DNA of 63,927 bases, the filler included, from Atractiella rhizophila (taxonomy: Eukaryota), in the NCBI GenBank assembly GCA_021432655.1. It is 4 parts of 4 records of this genome, joined end to end, with 100 filler letters (N's around TTAATTAATTAA, not from the genome) between each part and the next. Parts side by side here need not be neighbours in the genome. Positions count along the whole stretch, not along the records: positions 60,625 to 63,927 come from MU271470.1; 3 more parts are not named here. One strand, 5' to 3'. Within the stretch, counting starts at the first letter, position 1. Each line of letters starts with the position of its first letter. The position numbers and the translations under genes were made by a program. The notes beneath the pieces were generated by a model. That model saw only the letters and a list, made by a program, of their open reading frames with translations. It ran no database searches and was not told the DNA's origin. This document shows, in pieces, positions 63,574-63,927 of this stretch.

Positions 63574-63927
63574 TTAAATAGTGAAGAAGGGATTAGGATC
63601 TTGAGATTGTTGTTGTGGTTGGCCAAAGGCAGAGTTGAAGTTTCCATTGGGGTTTCCGGTATTTTGTGCCGCCATACGATTCGAAGCATGAAAAGCAGTG
63701 CCAACAGGGACCTGTACAACTCATCAGAATCCAAGGTTGGAAAAATTTAGAAAGAAAGAAAGAGGATGAGGAAACGTACACGCAGGTTTCCGACATTCCC
63801 GAAGCTGTCCACTCCGTCCTCTCTGTTCCCAAGCAATGCTGCGAGCTTTGCGAATTCGCCATCGTCCTTTTTCTTTGGCTGGTTGAACGCTGGAGATGGA
63901 GAATGAGCGGGTACTGGAGCTGGAGCA
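63574..63927 (-). CDS. Epsin (Ent1/Ent2-like) C-terminal end; gene continues beyond the window
   Basis: LAALLGNREDGVDSFGNVGNLR|VP.. matches the epsin D.FGN.G.LR.P motif. Terminal NPF (..DPNPFFTI*). Confidence 0.75.

Overview
Gene-dense, intron-rich fungal (basidiomycete-type) genomic DNA with mostly 45-65 nt introns. A Pucciniomycotina origin is my inference only. It consists of four contigs joined by three artificial 100-nt N spacers carrying TTAATTAATTAA (14120-14219, 37782-37881, 60525-60624), so adjacency across spacers is unproven. About 30 protein-coding loci are visible. Housekeeping genes include DLD2-like, CFT2/CPSF2, CRD1, RPL1, RRP42, KHDC4-like, BRD8-like, epsin and a NIPA transporter. 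Metabolic genes include a Ura1-like probable dihydrouracil oxidase, acetoacetyl-CoA synthetase, 3-dehydroshikimate dehydratase, an arylsulfatase, an MFS permease, a lactonase, a 2-hydroxyacid dehydrogenase, an ADH and a fluoroacetate-dehalogenase-like hydrolase. Accessory genes include two F-box proteins, an HNH-like pseudogene and two secreted proteins. Notable hidden structure: a probable poison cassette exon in the long KHDC4 intron; an HSP12 gene absent from the ORF track with two GC-AG introns; a dehalogenase-like gene with a halide-pocket His-to-Trp change, a PTS1-like end and an apparent frameshift; PTS1 (SRL) on acetoacetyl-CoA synthetase; and two diverged tandem duplications that may be alleles assembled in tandem. 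No RNA genes, CRISPR arrays or intact transposons were recognised. All family assignments come from motif recognition by eye, not from database searches.
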